A stretch of 64,000 nt of DNA, taken from NCBI GenBank assembly GCA_041488375.1, contig JBGPPD010000001.1, positions 16,667 through 80,666 on the forward strand, written 5' to 3'. Positions within the stretch are counted from its first letter, which is position 1, and every line of letters starts with the position of its first letter. A program made the translations under genes and the position numbers. Of the stretch, positions 41,026-52,653 are shown in pieces. The notes below the pieces were generated by a model. It saw only the letters and a program-made list of their open reading frames with translations. It made no database searches and was not told where the DNA came from. Source of the DNA: Gammaproteobacteria bacterium. GTDB lineage: Bacteria; Pseudomonadota; Gammaproteobacteria; Burkholderiales; SG8-39.

Positions 41026-42234
41026 ATGACCCTGCAGGGCAAGAAGCTTTTGCTCGGGATTACCGGCGGAGTGGCCGCTTACAAGGCGGCCGCGCTCGCT
41101 CGCCTCCTGGCCCGGGCTGGCGCCGACGTGCGCGTGGCAATGACCGAGGCGGCCACCCGCTTTGTCACGCCGGTCACCCTGCAGGCGCTGACAGGCCAGA
41201 CCGTGTGGACCGACCTGTGGGACCCGCGTGTGCCGGACAACATGGGGCACATCGAGCTGTCGCGCGACAGGGAATTGATCATGGTAGCGCCGGCGAGCGG
41301 GGACTTCCTCGGCAAGCTGGCCGGCGGATTGGCGGACGACCTGTTGTCCACGCTGTGCCTGGCGCGTCGTTGCCCGCTCATGGTGGCGCCGGCGATGAAC
41401 GTCGAGATGTGGGAAAACCCCGCCATGCAACGCAACCTGCATACGCTGCGCGGCGACGGCATTTTCCTCGCCGGACCGGCGGCGGGCGACCAGGCCTGCG
41501 GCGAGGTCGGCATGGGTCGCATGCTGGAACCCGAGGAGATCGTCGAGGAGATCGAGGCGTTCTTCCAGCCCAAGCTGCTCGCCGGCAAGCGCGTGCTGGT
41601 GACCGCGGGGCCCACGGAAGAGCCGATCGACCCGGTACGCTCCATCACCAACGCCAGCTCCGGCAAGATGGGCTACGCGGTGGCGCGCGCCGCGCGCGAG
41701 GCGGGGGCCAGGGTGACGCTGGTCAGCGGTCCGGTGGCGCTGGCGGCGCCGGCAGGGGTCGAGCGCATCGGCGTGCGCACCGCGGAGCAGATGTTCGACG
41801 CAGTGAAGAAGGCAGCGGCGGCGAGCGATGTATTCATTGCGGTGGCAGCGGTCGCCGACTACAAAGTCAGGAACCGTGCCGCCCAGAAGATCAAGAAGGG
41901 CGGCGCCGGCATGACGTTGGACCTCGCCGAGAATCCCGATATCCTCGCCTACGTGGCAGCGATGAAGAATCCGCCATTCTGCGTCGGCTTTGCCGCCGAG
42001 AGCGAGAAGCTGGCGGAAAACGCGCGCGCCAAGCGGGCGAAGAAGAAGGTCCCGCTGCTGGCGGCGAACCTCGCGCAGAAGGCGCTTGGCGCCGAAGACA
42101 ACGAGATCACGCTGTTTGACGACCGCGGCGAGCATCCCCTGGGACGCGGGCCCAAGCTGGAGCTTGCGCGCAAGCTGATTGCGCACATTGCCGGCATGCT
42201 GGCGGGAGAGAAGCGGGCGCGTGCGAAGGCTTGA
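41026..42234 (+). CDS. coaBC: bifunctional phosphopantothenoylcysteine decarboxylase/synthetase
   Basis: [10 protein letters not shown] flavoprotein N-domain plus CTP-dependent synthetase C-domain; 402 aa. Confidence 0.95.
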   Translation: MTLQGKKLLLGITGGVAAYKAAALARLLARAGADVRVAMTEAATRFVTPVTLQALTGQTVWTDLWDPRVPDNMGHIELSRDRELIMVAPASGDFLGKLAGGLADDLLSTLCLARRCPLMVAPAMNVEMWENPAMQRNLHTLRGDGIFLAGPAAGDQACGEVGMGRMLEPEEIVEEIEAFFQPKLLAGKRVLVTAGPTEEPIDPVRSITNASSGKMGYAVARAAREAGARVTLVSGPVALAAPAGVERIGVRTAEQMFDAVKKAAAASDVFIAVAAVADYKVRNRAAQKIKKGGAGMTLDLAENPDILAYVAAMKNPPFCVGFAAESEKLAENARAKRAKKKVPLLAANLAQKALGAEDNEITLFDDRGEHPLGRGPKLELARKLIAHIAGMLAGEKRARAKA

Positions 42235-42670
42235 AGTCCGGGTCCTCGACCCCCGGATTCGCGAAAATCTTCCCCAATACGCCACGCCGGGCGCCGCCGG
42301 GCTCGACCTGCGCGCCTGCCTGGATGCGCCGCTGGTGCTGCAGCCGGGCGACAGCCAGCTGGTGCCATCGGGCATCGCCATCCATCTGGGCGATGCGGGC
42401 CTCGCCGCCATCGTGCTGCCGCGCTCGGGACTGGGCGCCAAGCACGGCATCGTCCTCGGCAACCTGGTCGGCTTGATCGACTCCGATTACCAGGGGCAGA
42501 TCTTCGTTTCCGTCTGGAACCGGGGCAAGGCGGCGTTCACCATCCAGCCGCTGGAGCGCATCGCGCAGCTGGTGGTGGTGCCGGTGGTGCAGGTCGAGTT
42601 CCAGGTAGTGGAGCAGTTCGCCGCCAGCGCGCGCGGCGCGGGGGGCTTCGGTTCCACCGGGCAATCGTAG
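42221..42670 (+). CDS. dut: dUTP diphosphatase
   Basis: GTG 42221 (14-nt overlap with coaBC); [26 protein letters not shown]-terminal GGFGSTG. Confidence 0.93.
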   Translation: MRRLEVRVLDPRIRENLPQYATPGAAGLDLRACLDAPLVLQPGDSQLVPSGIAIHLGDAGLAAIVLPRSGLGAKHGIVLGNLVGLIDSDYQGQIFVSVWNRGKAAFTIQPLERIAQLVVVPVVQVEFQVVEQFAASARGAGGFGSTGQS

Positions 42671-42697
42671 GGCGGGCCCTGGCCCACCCAATCCAAG

Positions 42698-43969
42698 CTA
42701 GCCGAGCATGTCGGACCAGATGTTCTGCGCCCACGCCCAGGCATACTTGCCTTCGAGCGTGTTGCGCGCCGCCGACACGCCGGAGGCACCCTTCACCACC
42801 TCGAAAGTCTTCTTGCTGGCATCCAGCTGGTGAACCGAGGCGACGTGCACCGCCTCGTCGTCGGACACGAAGCTGTAGCAGGTATTCACGAGCCTGGGAT
42901 CCGCGTCGGACTCCTGGCCGTTGATCATCGCCACCACCGCCGCCGCGCAGACTTTCGCCTGCTGGTTCGCCATACTGCCGGACTTGGGCATCAGCGCCGC
43001 CGACAGTGTTGCGTCTCCCAGCACATGCACGCCCTTGGCCGCGGTCGACTCCGTGGTGCGCCAATCCACGCCGCACCAGCGGTTGTTGGCAGTAACCAGT
43101 CCCGCGCTGACGGCGATGTCTCCGGCACGCTGCGGCGGCACCACGTTCAGCACGTCGCCCCGCACGTCCTCGACCTCGAGCTTGACCGTGCCGGAGCGCG
43201 CGTCGATGCCGACGGCCTTCGCGTTGCCGCGGTACTCGATGATCCCCGGGTAGAGTTCGGTCCAGGCCTTCTTGAACAGCGGTCCCTTGGAGGTGACGTC
43301 CGGGTTGGCGTCGAGGATCAGCACTTTGGAGCGCCGCTGATGCTTCTTGAAGTAGTTGGCGACCTGGCTCGCGCGCTCGTAGGGCCCCGGCGGACAGCGA
43401 TAGGGGGCGAGCGGCACTGACAGCACATAGACGCCGCCGTCGCGCATCTCCGCCAACTGCCGCTGCAAGGCGACCGTCTGGGCGCCCGCCTTCCAGGCGT
43501 GCAGCACGCGATTCGCGTTCATCGCGGCCTCGTAGCCGGCGATCTCGCCGTACAGGAAATCGATGCCGGGCGATACGACCAGGCGGTCGTATTTCAACTC
43601 ACCGCCTCGTGCCAGCCGGACGGTCTTTGCGGACGTATCCACCGCCGTGGCCTCGTCGCGCACCACCTGCACGCCGTAGCGCGCGAGCCCGCTGTAGCCG
43701 TGGGTGATGTCCGCCATGGTCTTCGATCCGCCGTACACCAGATTGGAGATCGGGCAGGAAACGAAATCGCTGTTGCGCTCCACCATCACCACCTCGATGG
43801 CGGGTCCCCACAGGCGGATGTACTTGGCGGCCGTGGCGCCGCCGAAACCGCCGCCAATCACCACCACGCGCGCCTTGGCGCCGCCGGTCGTGGCGCAGCC
43901 CGTCGCGGCGAGCGCGGCGGCGGCGGCGCCCAGCTTGAGGAAGTCGCGTCGATCGAAAGTCCTGTGCAT
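42698..43969 (-). CDS. fccB: flavocytochrome c sulfide dehydrogenase flavoprotein subunit
   Basis: Tat signal RRDFLKLGAAAA; FAD fold VVVIGGGFGGATAAK; 423 aa; paired with upstream monoheme cytochrome. Confidence 0.88.
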   Translation of the reverse strand: MHRTFDRRDFLKLGAAAAALAATGCATTGGAKARVVVIGGGFGGATAAKYIRLWGPAIEVVMVERNSDFVSCPISNLVYGGSKTMADITHGYSGLARYGVQVVRDEATAVDTSAKTVRLARGGELKYDRLVVSPGIDFLYGEIAGYEAAMNANRVLHAWKAGAQTVALQRQLAEMRDGGVYVLSVPLAPYRCPPGPYERASQVANYFKKHQRRSKVLILDANPDVTSKGPLFKKAWTELYPGIIEYRGNAKAVGIDARSGTVKLEVEDVRGDVLNVVPPQRAGDIAVSAGLVTANNRWCGVDWRTTESTAAKGVHVLGDATLSAALMPKSGSMANQQAKVCAAAVVAMINGQESDADPRLVNTCYSFVSDDEAVHVASVHQLDASKKTFEVVKGASGVSAARNTLEGKYAWAWAQNIWSDMLG

Positions 43970-43978
43970 GGCGTCCCC

Positions 43979-44272
43979 CTATCGCTTCTGCGCCGCGAAG
44001 AAGGCGGCAATCAGTTCGAGCTGCTGGTCGGAGTAGCCCTTGGAAATCTGGTGCATGACGGTTGCCGGCTTGGCGCCGGAGCGGAACTCCTTGAACTTGC
44101 GCTCCAGCTCGTCTTTGGCCATGCCCGCGAGTGGCTCGTTGCCGCCGACACTGTGGCCGGTGGTGCCATGACACATCGCGCAACCCGCGGCCAGGTTGCG
44201 GCCGGCTTCCTGCGCGCCGACGGCGACGGGGGCAGCCGCGATGACGGCCGCGCAAACGATAGCGATTCGCAT
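43979..44272 (-). CDS. fccA: monoheme cytochrome c subunit (FccA/SoxE-like)
   Basis: Signal peptide, single CAMCH heme site, distal Met region VMHQISKGY. Confidence 0.82.
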   Translation of the reverse strand: MRIAIVCAAVIAAAPVAVGAQEAGRNLAAGCAMCHGTTGHSVGGNEPLAGMAKDELERKFKEFRSGAKPATVMHQISKGYSDQQLELIAAFFAAQKR

Positions 44273-44399
44273 GTGGCGCCTCCTCCCGAGGTTCGATGGT
44301 CGCGCGCCAAAGTCTCCGCTTCGCGGGAGAACGCTGTCAAGCCGCGCCGCGCTTATTTGTTCATAACGGAAGGCAGGAGCGCGCCCGCGGCGCGCCGGT

Positions 44400-46685
<2,286 letters not shown>

Positions 46686-46686
46686 G

Positions 46687-46992
46687 CTACGTTTCCTCCA
46701 TCACGCACTGCAACGGGTGCTGGTGCCGCCGAGCGTACGCGGCGACCTGCTGGACCTTGGTGGTGGCGATGTCCCGGGGATAGACGCCGCAAACGCCGAT
46801 GCCTTCCCGGTGCACCTTCAGCATGACCTGCGTCGCGCGCTCCCGCGTCATGCCGAAGAACTTCTGCAGCACCAACACCACGAACTCCATCGGCGTGAAA
46901 TCGTCGTTCAACAGCATGACCTTGAACATCGGCGGAGGCTTCAGCTTGCTCCGCTGGGCCTCGAGCAGAGAATCGTCCTTGAACTGCGCCAT
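46687..46992 (-). CDS. clpS: ClpS adaptor
   Basis: [21 protein letters not shown] core; 1 nt before clpA. Confidence 0.95.
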   Translation of the reverse strand: MAQFKDDSLLEAQRSKLKPPPMFKVMLLNDDFTPMEFVVLVLQKFFGMTRERATQVMLKVHREGIGVCGVYPRDIATTKVQQVAAYARRHQHPLQCVMEET

Positions 46993-47245
46993 GCCGCCTA
47001 ATTTTCGCCGTAGAGCTCAATCCAATCGGACATGCCTTTCCGCTTCCGGTTCCGCGCCAACTGCCTGCGTGAGGCTCAGGGCCGACATCACCCGCTCGCA
47101 GCTATCCTAATCAATGTGTTCCAGCAGCGCAACGCGCTTGGCGGGGGGTCTTGACAGGGGGTGCGGCAGGCGCGTAAAAGCCGCCAAGTATTACCGCCCG
47201 GGTGTTGCGCCCGGCGTCAATCTACCTACAGAAGGGGAAAGGGCG

Positions 47246-47449
47246 ATGGCAACAGGCACCGTGAAGTGGTTCAACGACGCGAAGGGCTACGGTTTCATCA
47301 CGCCGGATGACGGCAGCGAGGACCTGTTCGCGCACTTTTCCGCGATCCAGATGGCCGGCTTCAAGACCCTCAAGGAGGGCATGAAGGTCAGCTTCGACGT
47401 GGTGCAGGGGCCCAAAGGCAAGCAGGCCTCGAACATCAACAAGGTCTGA
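47246..47449 (+). CDS. cold shock domain protein (CspD-like by synteny with clpS)
   Basis: ATG 47246; [15 protein letters not shown] (RNP1), DLFAHF (RNP2). Confidence 0.94.
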   Translation: MATGTVKWFNDAKGYGFITPDDGSEDLFAHFSAIQMAGFKTLKEGMKVSFDVVQGPKGKQASNINKV

Positions 47450-47471
47450 AGGCCTGACGCTACCCGGCAAC

Positions 47472-47498
47472 AAAAAAGCCGCCCGCGGGCGGCTTTTT
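47472..47498. terminator. bidirectional rho-independent terminator (csp / icd)
   Basis: AAAAAA-GCCGCCCG|CGGGCGGC-TTTTT perfect palindrome. Confidence 0.8.
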
Positions 47499-47514
47499 CA
47501 TTTCCGTCGGCGCA

Positions 47515-48771
47515 CTACATGCGCTCGATCATCGCCTGGCCGAAACCGGAGCAGGAGACCTGCCTGGCGCCCTGCATCAGGCGCGCGAAGTCGTAGGTCA
47601 CCACCTTGTCGGCGATCGCTTTCTCCATCGAGCGCACGATGACGTCGGCGGCCTGCACCCAGCCCATGTGGCGCAGCATCATTTCCGCCGACAGGATCTC
47701 CGAGCCCGGATTGACGTAGTCCTTGCCGGCGTACTTCGGCGCGGTGCCGTGGGTGGCCTCGAACATGGCGATCGAGTCGCTCATGTTGGCCCCTGGCGCG
47801 ATGCCGATGCCGCCGATCTGCGCCGCCAGCGCATCCGAGATCAGGTCGCCGGTGAGGTTCAGGGTGGCGATCACGTCGTATTCCGCGGGCCGCAGCAGGA
47901 TCTGCTGCAGGAAGGCGTCGGTGATCACGTCCTTCACCACGATCTCGCGGCCGGTCTTCGGGTTCTTGTAGCTGCACCAGGGACCGCCGTCCAGCGGCTT
48001 GGCGCCGAATTCCCGCTGCGCCAGCGCGTAGCCCCAGTCGCGGAAGCCGCCTTCGGTGAATTTCTGGATGTTGCCCTTGTGCACCAGCGTCACCGACTTG
48101 CGGTCGTTGTCGATCGCGTACTGGAAGGCCTTGCGGATCAGCCGCTCCGAGCCCTGGACGGAAACCGGCTTGATGCCGATCGCCGAGCTGTCGGGGAAAC
48201 GGATCTTCTTCACCTTCATCTCGTCGATGAGGAACTTGACCACCTTCTGCGCCTCGGGCGTCTTGGCGGCCCATTCGATGCCGGCGTAGATGTCCTCCGC
48301 GTTCTCGCGGAAGATCACCATCTCGGTCTTCTCCGGCTCCTTGAGCGGGGAGGGCACGCCCTTGAAGTAATGGATCGGCCGCAGGCAGACGTACAGGTCG
48401 AGCTCCTGGCGCAGGGCCACGTTGATGGAACGGATGCCGCCGCCCACCGGGGTGGTCAGAGGGCCTTTGATCGACACCACGTATTCCTTGGCCGCCGCCA
48501 ACGTCTCCTCGGGCAGCCACACGTTCTCGCCGTAGACCTTGCAGGACTTCTCGCCGGCGAAGATTTCCATCCAGACGATCTTCTTCTTGCCGCCGTAGGC
48601 CTTCTTCACGGCGGCGTCCACCACCTTGATCATCACCGGGGTGATGTCGACGCCGGTACCGTCGCCCTCGATGTAGGGGACGATCGGGTTGTCCGGCACG
48701 GTGAGTGTAAAGTCCTTGTTCACCTTGATCTTCTCGCCGCCGGTGGGGATCTTGATGTGCTGGTACGCCAT
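47515..48771 (-). CDS. icd: NADP-dependent isocitrate dehydrogenase
   Basis: ATG 48771 after GGAGTG; [16 protein letters not shown]-terminus, [28 protein letters not shown] motif; 418 aa. Confidence 0.96.
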   Translation of the reverse strand: MAYQHIKIPTGGEKIKVNKDFTLTVPDNPIVPYIEGDGTGVDITPVMIKVVDAAVKKAYGGKKKIVWMEIFAGEKSCKVYGENVWLPEETLAAAKEYVVSIKGPLTTPVGGGIRSINVALRQELDLYVCLRPIHYFKGVPSPLKEPEKTEMVIFRENAEDIYAGIEWAAKTPEAQKVVKFLIDEMKVKKIRFPDSSAIGIKPVSVQGSERLIRKAFQYAIDNDRKSVTLVHKGNIQKFTEGGFRDWGYALAQREFGAKPLDGGPWCSYKNPKTGREIVVKDVITDAFLQQILLRPAEYDVIATLNLTGDLISDALAAQIGGIGIAPGANMSDSIAMFEATHGTAPKYAGKDYVNPGSEILSAEMMLRHMGWVQAADVIVRSMEKAIADKVVTYDFARLMQGARQVSCSGFGQAMIERM

Positions 48772-48806
48772 GAACACTCCTGCGCGAACGCGCCGCAAAG
48801 GGTGGA

Positions 48807-49925
48807 TTATAGGATCTTCAGGACGAAGACCCGTTCTACCATCCACACCGCCGCCACGGCCGCGATCGCCGCCGAGCCGCCGGCGAACACGAAACGCCGG
48901 TAGATCCAGTGGCGGCGCATCAGGAAGGCGACCGGCAGGAACGCGCAGACGATGCCGAGCTGGCCGGTTTCGACCCCCAGATTGAACCCGACCAGCGCCA
49001 GCAGCAGCGCTTCCCGCGGCAGGCCCAGGTCGGCGAGCACGCTGGCGAAGCCGAAGCCGTGCACCAGGCCGAAGCCGAAAGCCACCATCCAGCGCCGGCC
49101 GAACACCAGCGGCTTGAGATTGTTGAGCGCCGCCAGCACCACGGAGAGCGCGATCACCGACTCCACCAGGCGCGAGGGCAGCTGCACCACCGCGAGCGCC
49201 GCGAGCGACAGCGTGATCGAATGCGCGACGGTGAAAGCGGTGACGACCTTGAGCACGTCCCAGAACGCCGCGGCAAAGCGTTCGGCCGGTTGCCAGCCGC
49301 GCGCGCCGTGGGCGAGCACCGCCGGCAGCAGCAGCGACAGCAGGAACAGGATGTGGTCGATGCCGATCCAGATGTGCCAGACGCCCTCGCGCGCGTAGTC
49401 GAGGAACTGCGCCAGGCGCGAGGCGCCGGCGAGGCTCACCTCGAGCCGCGGCCGTTCCGGTCCGAGCACGCCGGTGACGGTGGCGCCGCCGCCCTCGACG
49501 CGCAGCAGCCCGCGGTGGGTCGGATCCAGATCGCTGAACAGCCGGTACTCGACCTGCACCGACTGGTAGGCGCCGGCCCCGCAGTCCGCGGCGAAGCGCA
49601 GCACCGCGTAGGCGCCATCACTGTGCTCATCGACCAGCTGCTCGCGCGGCTCCAGCCGGCAGGGCCGGCGATCCGCGCTGAGCGTGAGCCGCGCCAGGGC
49701 GTAGCGCGCGATGTCGGCGCGGCGCGCGCGCAGCTCGCCCCAGGTGATGGCGCCATCGCCGTCGGCGTCGAGGCCGATGGCGTATTCCAGATCGCGCAGG
49801 GCGATGTCCCACTGCCCGCGCAACGCGCCGGCTTCGGCATGCAAGGTCAGATAGCTGTCGCTCGGCTTGTGCGCCAGCGCCGGAAGGCACGCGAGCAGCA
49901 GCGCCCAGGCAAAGGCCAGCCTCAT
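48807..49925 (-). CDS. HupE/UreJ-like membrane protein with N-terminal periplasmic EF-hand domain
   Basis: ATG 49925 (ATGA overlap with upstream TPR gene) gives signal peptide [18 protein letters not shown]; EF-hand loop [12 protein letters not shown] (49734-49769); C-terminal ~6 TM region with GIDHILF motif. Confidence 0.8.
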   Translation of the reverse strand: MRLAFAWALLLACLPALAHKPSDSYLTLHAEAGALRGQWDIALRDLEYAIGLDADGDGAITWGELRARRADIARYALARLTLSADRRPCRLEPREQLVDEHSDGAYAVLRFAADCGAGAYQSVQVEYRLFSDLDPTHRGLLRVEGGGATVTGVLGPERPRLEVSLAGASRLAQFLDYAREGVWHIWIGIDHILFLLSLLLPAVLAHGARGWQPAERFAAAFWDVLKVVTAFTVAHSITLSLAALAVVQLPSRLVESVIALSVVLAALNNLKPLVFGRRWMVAFGFGLVHGFGFASVLADLGLPREALLLALVGFNLGVETGQLGIVCAFLPVAFLMRRHWIYRRFVFAGGSAAIAAVAAVWMVERVFVLKIL

Positions 49926-51085
49926 CGCAGCTCGGCGGCGAGGCGCTGCAGGCGCGGATCCTCGAACCCGGTGCGGCGCAGCCACTCCAGCACCGGCGCG
50001 GCGGACGCCGGCTCGCGCGCGGCGCCCGCCGCTTGCAGCAGGACCAATGCGTCGCGTGGCTCTCGCTGCGACTGCCAGTTTTCGGCGGCGGCGGCGAGCG
50101 CCGCCGCGGCATCGCCGCGCAGGTCGAGCAGGTAGCGTGCCTCCTCGCCCAGGTGCAACCGTTCGCCGCGCTGCGCCTCCGCCGCGAAGCGCGCGCCAAG
50201 GTCCTTCGCGTGCGTCGCCGCGTCAGGCAGCCCGAGTGCGTGTTCGGCCAGCGCCAGGCGCAGCAGGAGGGTGTCCGAGCGCCCCCAGTCCTTGAGCAGG
50301 CCCACGACCTCCCGGGGCCGGTGCTGCTCGAGGAGAAAGTCGGCGTAAGCCGCGAGCAGGTAGTTGTCGTTCATGCCGATGGCCAGGGCCGCCTGGAAGT
50401 GGCGCTCGGCAGCCTGCGGCTCGCCCAGGCGCGCGGACATTTCCGCGAGGCGGGTGAGGATCCACAGGCGCTGGCCGGGGCCGGCGTCTGGATTGCGCGC
50501 GAGCGCATCACGCAGCCGCGCGTAGGCGCTGCGCGTCTTGCCGGTGGCGGCCTCGACAAAGGTGCCGCAGCCGGTCGCCTCCAGTTCGTCGGTCAGCGGC
50601 GCGAGGGCCGCGCACTCGCGTGCCGCGGCCGCGTAGTCGGCCCGCACCATATAGATGGCTGCGCGCCACGCGTGGGCCTCGTCGTCCCGCGGATCGAGGT
50701 GCGCAGCCAGCGCCAAGTCGGCGAGCGCGCCTTCGAAATCGTGGCGGTATTGGCGGAGCAGCCCGCGCATCAGCAGGACCTGTGCAGGGGCGCGAGCAGT
50801 ACCCGCCCAGGGCGCGAGCGCCGCCTGCGCGTAGCCCACGTATCGCGGGTCGCCTTCGGCCACGGCCAGCGTGAAATAGCGCCGCGCGAGCGGGATCGCA
50901 GTGGCGGGATCGGCGGGCGCGGCGGCTGCTGCGCTGCGCAGGGCGCGCAGTTCCGCCCAGGCTGGGTCGCGCGGCCGCAGGGGCAGGCGCTCGAGCACCT
51001 CGGCGTCGTCGGTCGGCTGGCGCGGCGCGGCGGGGGCCGGCAGTGCCGCTGCCCCCAGCATGGCGGCGATGATCAGTCTTAGCAT
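49922..51085 (-). CDS. secreted tetratricopeptide-repeat protein
   Basis: ATG 51085 gives signal peptide MLRLIIAAMLGAAALPAPA; helical Ala/Leu-rich TPR-like repeats; listed start 51121 adds AT-rich atypical codons. Confidence 0.75.
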   Translation of the reverse strand: MLRLIIAAMLGAAALPAPAAPRQPTDDAEVLERLPLRPRDPAWAELRALRSAAAAAPADPATAIPLARRYFTLAVAEGDPRYVGYAQAALAPWAGTARAPAQVLLMRGLLRQYRHDFEGALADLALAAHLDPRDDEAHAWRAAIYMVRADYAAAARECAALAPLTDELEATGCGTFVEAATGKTRSAYARLRDALARNPDAGPGQRLWILTRLAEMSARLGEPQAAERHFQAALAIGMNDNYLLAAYADFLLEQHRPREVVGLLKDWGRSDTLLLRLALAEHALGLPDAATHAKDLGARFAAEAQRGERLHLGEEARYLLDLRGDAAAALAAAAENWQSQREPRDALVLLQAAGAAREPASAAPVLEWLRRTGFEDPRLQRLAAELR

Positions 51086-51299
51086 GGCATTTTGGGTGAA
51101 AAATCCAACAATATCATTCATCTATTGAAGTTTTGACGAACTTGTCTAAAATGCGCGCCGTGGGAAGTATCCACAGGGAGGCAAGCGTGGCAGCACGGCC
51201 GGTCAACCGAGACGTGACTGCAACGTTATTGCTGGTGGGAGCGTGAAGGAGGAATCGTTGCGCCTACCCGCTTAGACACATTCAAACTAGGAGAAATAG

Positions 51300-51500
51300 A
51301 TGAACAAGCTTTTGACCGTGATCGCCGCCGCCATGTTTGCGGCCGTTAGCGCCTCCGCGTTCGCCGCTTCGCATACCGGCGCGCCGATGAAGGACGACAA
51401 GAAGGTGGAAAAGAAGGCCGTGAAGAAGGCCGCGCCGAAGAAGGCCGCGCCGAAGAAGGCCGAGAAGAAGATGGAAAACAAAGCGGCCGACAAGAAGTAA
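51300..51500 (+). CDS. secreted lysine-rich low-complexity mini-protein (66 aa)
   Basis: AGGAGA RBS; Sec signal MNKLLTVIAAAMFAAVSASAFA; mature 44 aa contain 16 Lys (KKAAPKKAAPKK); followed by clean terminator. Confidence 0.75.
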   Translation: MNKLLTVIAAAMFAAVSASAFAASHTGAPMKDDKKVEKKAVKKAAPKKAAPKKAEKKMENKAADKK

Positions 51501-51520
51501 CTCGCCGCTTGACAGGCCAA

Positions 51521-51546
51521 GGCAGGGATCGCTCCCTGCCTTTTTC
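51521..51546 (+). terminator. rho-independent terminator after Lys-rich gene
   Basis: GGCAGGGA-tcgc-TCCCTGCC followed by TTTTT. Confidence 0.75.
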
Positions 51547-51550
51547 ATTT

Positions 51551-52000
51551 GTGGCACGCCTAATCCGGCACCTGGCGTTCGCCGCCGCGCTGTTCGCGGC
51601 GCCCGCGCTCGCGCAGCAGCCCACGCTGCCGACCATCGAGCTCGGCGCGGGCATGTACCTGATCCGCGCCGAAGTCGCCGACAACTTTTCCTCGCGCATG
51701 CAGGGCCTGATGCGGCGCACCTCGCTGGCGCCGAACGGCGGCATGCTGTTCGTGTTCGACGAGGACGGCACCAACTGCATGTGGATGAAGAACACGCTGA
51801 TCCCGCTGTCGGTGGCGTTCATCGACGCGCGCGGCGTGATCCTCAATATCGCCGACATGCAGCCGCTGACCGAAGAGTCGCACTGCGCCGCGCGCCCCGC
51901 GCGTTACGCCCTGGAAATGACGCAAGGCTGGTTCGCGCAGCGCGGCATCCGCGCCGGCGCCCGCCTGCGCGGGTTGGACCGGCTGCCCGCGCCGCGCTAG
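51551..52000 (+). CDS. DUF192 family periplasmic protein
   Basis: GTG 51551 preserves signal peptide LAFAAALFAAPALA; GLMRR...GMLFVF...MWMKNTLIPLSVAFID motifs; start uncertain. Confidence 0.8.
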   Translation: MARLIRHLAFAAALFAAPALAQQPTLPTIELGAGMYLIRAEVADNFSSRMQGLMRRTSLAPNGGMLFVFDEDGTNCMWMKNTLIPLSVAFIDARGVILNIADMQPLTEESHCAARPARYALEMTQGWFAQRGIRAGARLRGLDRLPAPR

Positions 52001-52002
52001 CG

Positions 52003-52599
52003 CTACAGCCCGCCGTTTTGCTGCGCGACCATGCAGTACAGCATGGGGATCGACAGCGCGGTGTTGAGGCGCGAAGTCAGCATCGCCATGCGCGCCGCGG
52101 CCGCTTTCTCTTCGGCCGCGACGGTCACGATGCCGAGCGCCTTCTTCTGGTTCGGCCAGATGATGAACCAGACGTTGAACGCCATCACCAGGCCGAACCA
52201 CATGCCGATGCCGATGGCGGTGAACGGGCGCTGCAGCGACAGCGCCTGCACCAGGTACTGGTTCATGCCGCCGAGCAGCAATCCGGTGACCACCGTGGAC
52301 AGCGCCGCCCAGCGGAACCAGAACAGGGCGGTGGGCGCGATCACCTTGCCGATCGCGGGCTTCTGCTCGTCCGGGATTTTCGGCATCGACGGGATCTGCA
52401 CGAAATTGAAGTACCACAGCAGGCCGATCCACATCACCCCCGAGAGCACGTGCAGCCAGCGGAAGAAGAAAGCCCACCACGCGTGCGTGGAGATCGCGAT
52501 CCAGGCCCCGCTGGCCTGCCCGACGATGAGCAGGATGACCACCAGCACGACGACGCCGGCGATGACGGTACGGCCGAGCGATTGGAAGATGGCGCCCAT
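52003..52599 (-). CDS. conserved inner-membrane protein (4-5 TM), function unknown
   Basis: ATG 52599 after AAAGGAGA; WWAFFFRWLHVLSGVMWIGLLWYFNFVQIP motif; vaguely recalls membrane domain of PuuD-type proteins (memory only). Confidence 0.75.
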   Translation of the reverse strand: MGAIFQSLGRTVIAGVVVLVVILLIVGQASGAWIAISTHAWWAFFFRWLHVLSGVMWIGLLWYFNFVQIPSMPKIPDEQKPAIGKVIAPTALFWFRWAALSTVVTGLLLGGMNQYLVQALSLQRPFTAIGIGMWFGLVMAFNVWFIIWPNQKKALGIVTVAAEEKAAAARMAMLTSRLNTALSIPMLYCMVAQQNGGL

Positions 52600-52653
52600 G
52601 GTGTCTCCTTTCGAAGCTTTCGTTGTGAGGGGCAAAAAAAGTTTAGCACAGGC

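Noticed and set aside
51086-51121. Upstream start for the TPR protein (MNDIVGFFTQNA)
   Set aside because: Its codons (AAT GAT ATT GTT GGA TTT) are AT-rich and unlike the rest of the genome. ATG 51085 starts directly with a signal peptide.
51107-51121. AT-rich ATGAATGATATTGTT (minus strand), resembling Fur-type hexamers, upstream of the TPR/HupE-like operon
   Set aside because: It is only a loose resemblance to a Fur box, with no dyad symmetry I could confirm by eye. It would need a PWM scan.
51167-51175. GTATCCACA, an 8/9 match to a DnaA box
   Set aside because: It is a single isolated copy, with no AT-rich unwinding element and no box cluster. It is not an origin.
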